Assembly (NCBI GenBank): GCA_965235115.1
Contig: OZ249444.1
Span: 25,606,001-25,670,000 of the forward strand
Direction of reading: 5' to 3'
From: Laetmonice hystrix
Lineage: Eukaryota
DNA: 64,000 bases
The translations under genes were made by a program, and so were the position numbers. This document shows, in pieces, positions 60,662 to 64,000 of this stretch (position 1 is the stretch's first letter; the number at the start of each line of letters is the position of its first letter). The notes beneath the pieces were generated by a model. That model was not told where the DNA came from, searched no databases, and saw only the letters and a program-made list of their open reading frames with translations.

Positions 60662-62469
60662 TGTCCCAGATCCACGACCAGCAGAGCTGTTAATCGGTAC
60701 CTTAAATGTTTGCTCGTTACAGCTGCACCGATTGAAGAGTTCTCGAATGAAGCGGGACAGAGAGCATTCCAACAGCAGCATGCAGGAACCCGCTCCCAAA
60801 CACCCCGAGGCTGTCGGCCCCGTCATATACTAGTAGCTAAATAGCACATAGGGAGGTAAAGAACTATTAATGGACAGGGGCGGACCACTGATACTCTAGA
60901 GTTCTACCTTTTTTCACTCTCAGCGGTTCCAGTGAAATATGCACGTCGGTACATGGTAGGCCGCCCGTCGACCGCACCCATCTGGCCCGATGGTGATCAG
61001 TTTTCAATTGATGCATGTCTGACTCGGGTACAGGTGAGGTTTGAGCACTGACCGGTATACGACCGAATTGCCGTCACCGTTGTTCGATGGTTGAGGCACG
61101 TGCTATGTTAAGGACTTCGTAAGGTGATCTCAGAGATCAGTCACGACTAATAGTTCCGTGGAAGTAGTTACGATTACCATCGATGTTCTCGCTTGTTCCC
61201 CAGGTCGAGGAACTTGTAGTGTGGTCCATAATCCGATCAGCTTTCAAAACTGGGAGGCAGGCAGAGCAGGCGATCGCATGGCTGAAAGAATTTCCTTAAA
61301 ATCTCGAAGGACAGACCAAGGAAGTAGTCTGTTAGTCCGATGGGTATGCACCCTAACTCTTCACGAAGACGGGTCTCAAACACAAAAGAAACTATAAACT
61401 ATAATCCACCTAACTGTTAGGATATGCAGCAATTCCGGGCAGCTGGTCCCTGATGAGATTTACTATATCCCGAAGGAGCTGAAAACTGGACCACGTGACT
61501 TCTCCAGCACCTCTGGCACGGGGCACCTTTCCCAGGCTGCTGGGGGCCGGGAGAGTGAGCTGGGCGTATTCTACCCCCTCCTGGGCCATCATAAATCCAG
61601 GTGCGTACGCGAGCCGCGTGCGTAGGCTTCAACCACACCCTGATATACACCCCCACCCCCACCCCTACCCCTGGCTCCCCTCCCGGGTGAGACCGACTAT
61701 ACTCGTACACCAACCGCTGCTACCCCTCACCGTGCCCCATTGACCAGACCCCAGCACCCTTTGAAGTACAAGTGGTTATATTTATAGAGGCAATATACTA
61801 TTTAACTTCCCGGTGATTGGTCACTGGGGTTGGGGGTGGGGTTGTTTAGCAATGAATTGAATAGGGCATCAGAGGATGATGTATTGGTGGACGAAAAATT
61901 ATCTGACTGGAGAAAACGAGCAAGCGGCAATCGCAGTCATGGAGCAAGGTGTGTGTTTCAGAGATTTCTATTGTTATGGGGAGGGGACCAGTCACGTCCA
62001 TGAGGGGTACGATGAAACAATGGCGGTGTGAAAGACGGCTGCCGGAATAAGGTTTGGGAAACTACCCCTTTCCCACAGGATACCCGGGTAGATTCTTGGC
62101 TTGTCATAACCTGATGTATTGGATGGATTTGAGCAAATTAGGAGTTATAGTTTATATGATAATATTTCACTTTCAATTTCATGAAGTTTAAGATGCCACC
62201 GGTTAAAAAGGCATTTTGATCTATTCAATTTTTATTCAGTCACGTGACATCAGAGTTGTTCAACTGTACCTCTCTAGGGTGAGGAGCTTGTATCTTCCGC
62301 CCTCTGTGTCCCTCTATCCCCTGGACATTTGGCATAGATAGGACCGCCCTCATATCTACATGCCCCCACAGTAAGTGTAGGAGTTGTTTTGAAGGGTGTT
62401 GAGCATATAAAACAAAGAACGAATGAATGAAAAAAAAAAAAGAAGAAAATAAGAAGGTACAAAAAGTCT

Positions 62470-62660
62470 CAGTTTACAAACACTGTAAATTGGTTTCATA
62501 TAGTTTATAATAACGTCTCAGCTGACAAACACTGATAAGTGGTTTCATATAAATAATTTATACACCGTCTCAGCTGACAAACACTGATAAGTGGTTTCAT
62601 ATAAATAATTCATATTAACGTCTCAGCTTACAAACACTGATAATTGGTTTCATATAATAA
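62470..62660. repeat. Degenerate tandem repeat (~57 bp, about 3 copies)
   Basis: CGTCTCAGCTGACAAACACTGATAAGTGGTTTCATATA repeated. Confidence 0.75.
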
Positions 62661-63139
62661 CTTATATTCACTGTAAATTTATTATGTCCAACGTAAGTAT
62701 GGGCATACTCCATCATCCGACATAATATTATAACGAAGCATTTGTTCAACGCCTTTTGTTTGTTCAACGCCTTTTGTTTGCAATTAGGCCTTATTTTTGA
62801 CCTGCGCAACGGGGAGCACCGCAAGCCACGCCCCTTCCTGACCCCCACTGACCAGCGTTTATAAAGACTCTTCATTCAAACGTCAGGTAGCGTGCAGCTG
62901 CCATTTAATCCATGTAATAAAGTACCTGATGTTAACCTGCTGCTTACAGGTTGGTTGGCCCTTTCAGATGGTGTTGTATCATCCTCGTCACGATAGATGG
63001 AAATTTATACCTTTCAGATCCATAGGTCTACATCGTCACATGACGGTCCTTTGTGGTCCTCTGAAATTGATTTCCCCCCTGTAAAATATCGAATCCTTTG
63101 ATAGCGACTGTTTGTCCGTCCACATCTCAAAGAGGCCGG

Positions 63140-63712
63140 CCGGGGTCAGGCGAGGAGCTCCACCGACTTGTACACCATGGACACGTTCAGGGTCAGGCTC
63201 GGGGCTCCACTGACTTGTACACCTTGGACACGTTCAGGGTCAGGCGAGGAGCTCCACCGACTTGTACACCTTGGACACGTTCAGGGTCAGGCGAGGGGCT
63301 CCACCGACCTGTACACCTTGGACACGTTCAGGGTCAGGCGAGGGGCTCCACCGACTTGTACACCTTGGACACGTTCAGGGTCAGGCGAGGGGCTCCACCG
63401 ACTTGTACACCATGGACACGTTCAGGGTCAGGCGAGGGGCTCCACCGACTTGTACACCATGGACACGTTCAAGGTCAGGCGAGGGGCTCCACCGACTTGT
63501 ACAACATGGACACGTTCAGGGTCAGGCGAGGGGCTCCACCGACTTGTACACCATGGACACGTTCAAGGTCAGGCGAGGGGCTCCACCGACTTGTACACCA
63601 TGGACACGTTCAGGGTCAGGCGAGGGGCTCCACCGACTTGTACAACATGGGCACGTTCAGGATCAGGCGCGGGGCTCCACCGACTTGTACAACATGGGCG
63701 CGTTCAGCAAGA
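63140..63712 (-). repeat. Minisatellite, 47-bp unit, about 12 copies, derived from the last codons and stop of the second nAChR
   Basis: On the - strand the unit is CTGAACGTGTCCATGGTGTACAAGTCGGTGGAGCCCCTCGCCTGACC; the coding end is CTGAACGCGCCCATGTTGTACAAGTCGGTGGAGCCCCGCGCCTGA. Confidence 0.95.
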
Positions 63713-63803
63713 TGCTGGCGCCCCCTACTGTGCAGATGGAGACGTAGATCCAGAGAAAGATTCGGTCGAGAACCCCCGCCACATATCTCCAGTCCTCTTT
63801 AAT
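63663..63803 (-). CDS. Terminal (M4) exon of a second nicotinic acetylcholine receptor subunit; rest of gene lies beyond the window
   Basis: After the acceptor ttgtattccag it reads IKEDWRYVAGVLDRIFLWIYVSICTVGGASILLNAPMLYKSVEPRA*. The intron position matches and the sequence is highly similar to the last exon at 56018-55863. Confidence 0.9.
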   Translation of the reverse strand: MKEDWRYVAGVLDRIFLWIYVSICTVGGASILLNAPMLYKSVEPRA

Positions 63804-64000
63804 CTGGAATACAAATGTAGAATTAGTTATCGCTCACGGTCGAAACTGAAGTGACCATCGCGTTATTTACCGAATCATATCTTTGCGTCTCTTCTCGTGG
63901 AGGTGATGGTGTGGGTGTATGCCTTTATGTGTACTTAGGCATCTGTATTTGTTGGCTCTTCCAAAAATAAGTAGCTAAAAATAAGTAGCTTTGCACCCCC

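Noticed and set aside
61158-62462. Short ORFs between the two nAChR genes
   Set aside because: No recognisable domain; probably 3' UTR, promoter or 5' UTR sequence.
63098-63854. + strand ORFs of 161-234 aa
   Set aside because: They come from the 47-bp array antisense to the nAChR terminal exon.

Overview
Eukaryotic (invertebrate metazoan, probably lophotrochozoan) genomic DNA with spliceosomal introns. By my tally of arrays, roughly a quarter of the window is minisatellite, and most long ORFs in the track are repeat artefacts. Real genes: (1) a + strand M28B (GCPII/PSMA/transferrin-receptor family) gene, 11 exons resolved at 13382-27645 with 5' exons unresolved, whose zinc and catalytic residues are largely lost in a transferrin-receptor-like way; (2) TMTC4 on the - strand, 16 coding exons at 40339-47221, including a GC-AG intron; (3) an intronless - strand ORF (ATG 53707, stop 50579) encoding a signal peptide, a 10-Cys Quiver/Ly6 three-finger domain and a long tail with about 30 copies of a 14-aa repeat and no GPI signal; (4) a complete nicotinic acetylcholine receptor alpha subunit on the - strand (55863-60661), about 2 kb upstream of that three-finger gene; (5) the last exon of a second tandem nAChR paralog (63663-63803). 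Several minisatellites are built from exon ends, splice sites or stop codons, and several MITEs share 3-bp CWG target-site duplications. The strongest leads are the nAChR cluster with an adjacent secreted three-finger protein, the TfR-like pseudo-peptidase, and the splice-junction-seeded arrays.
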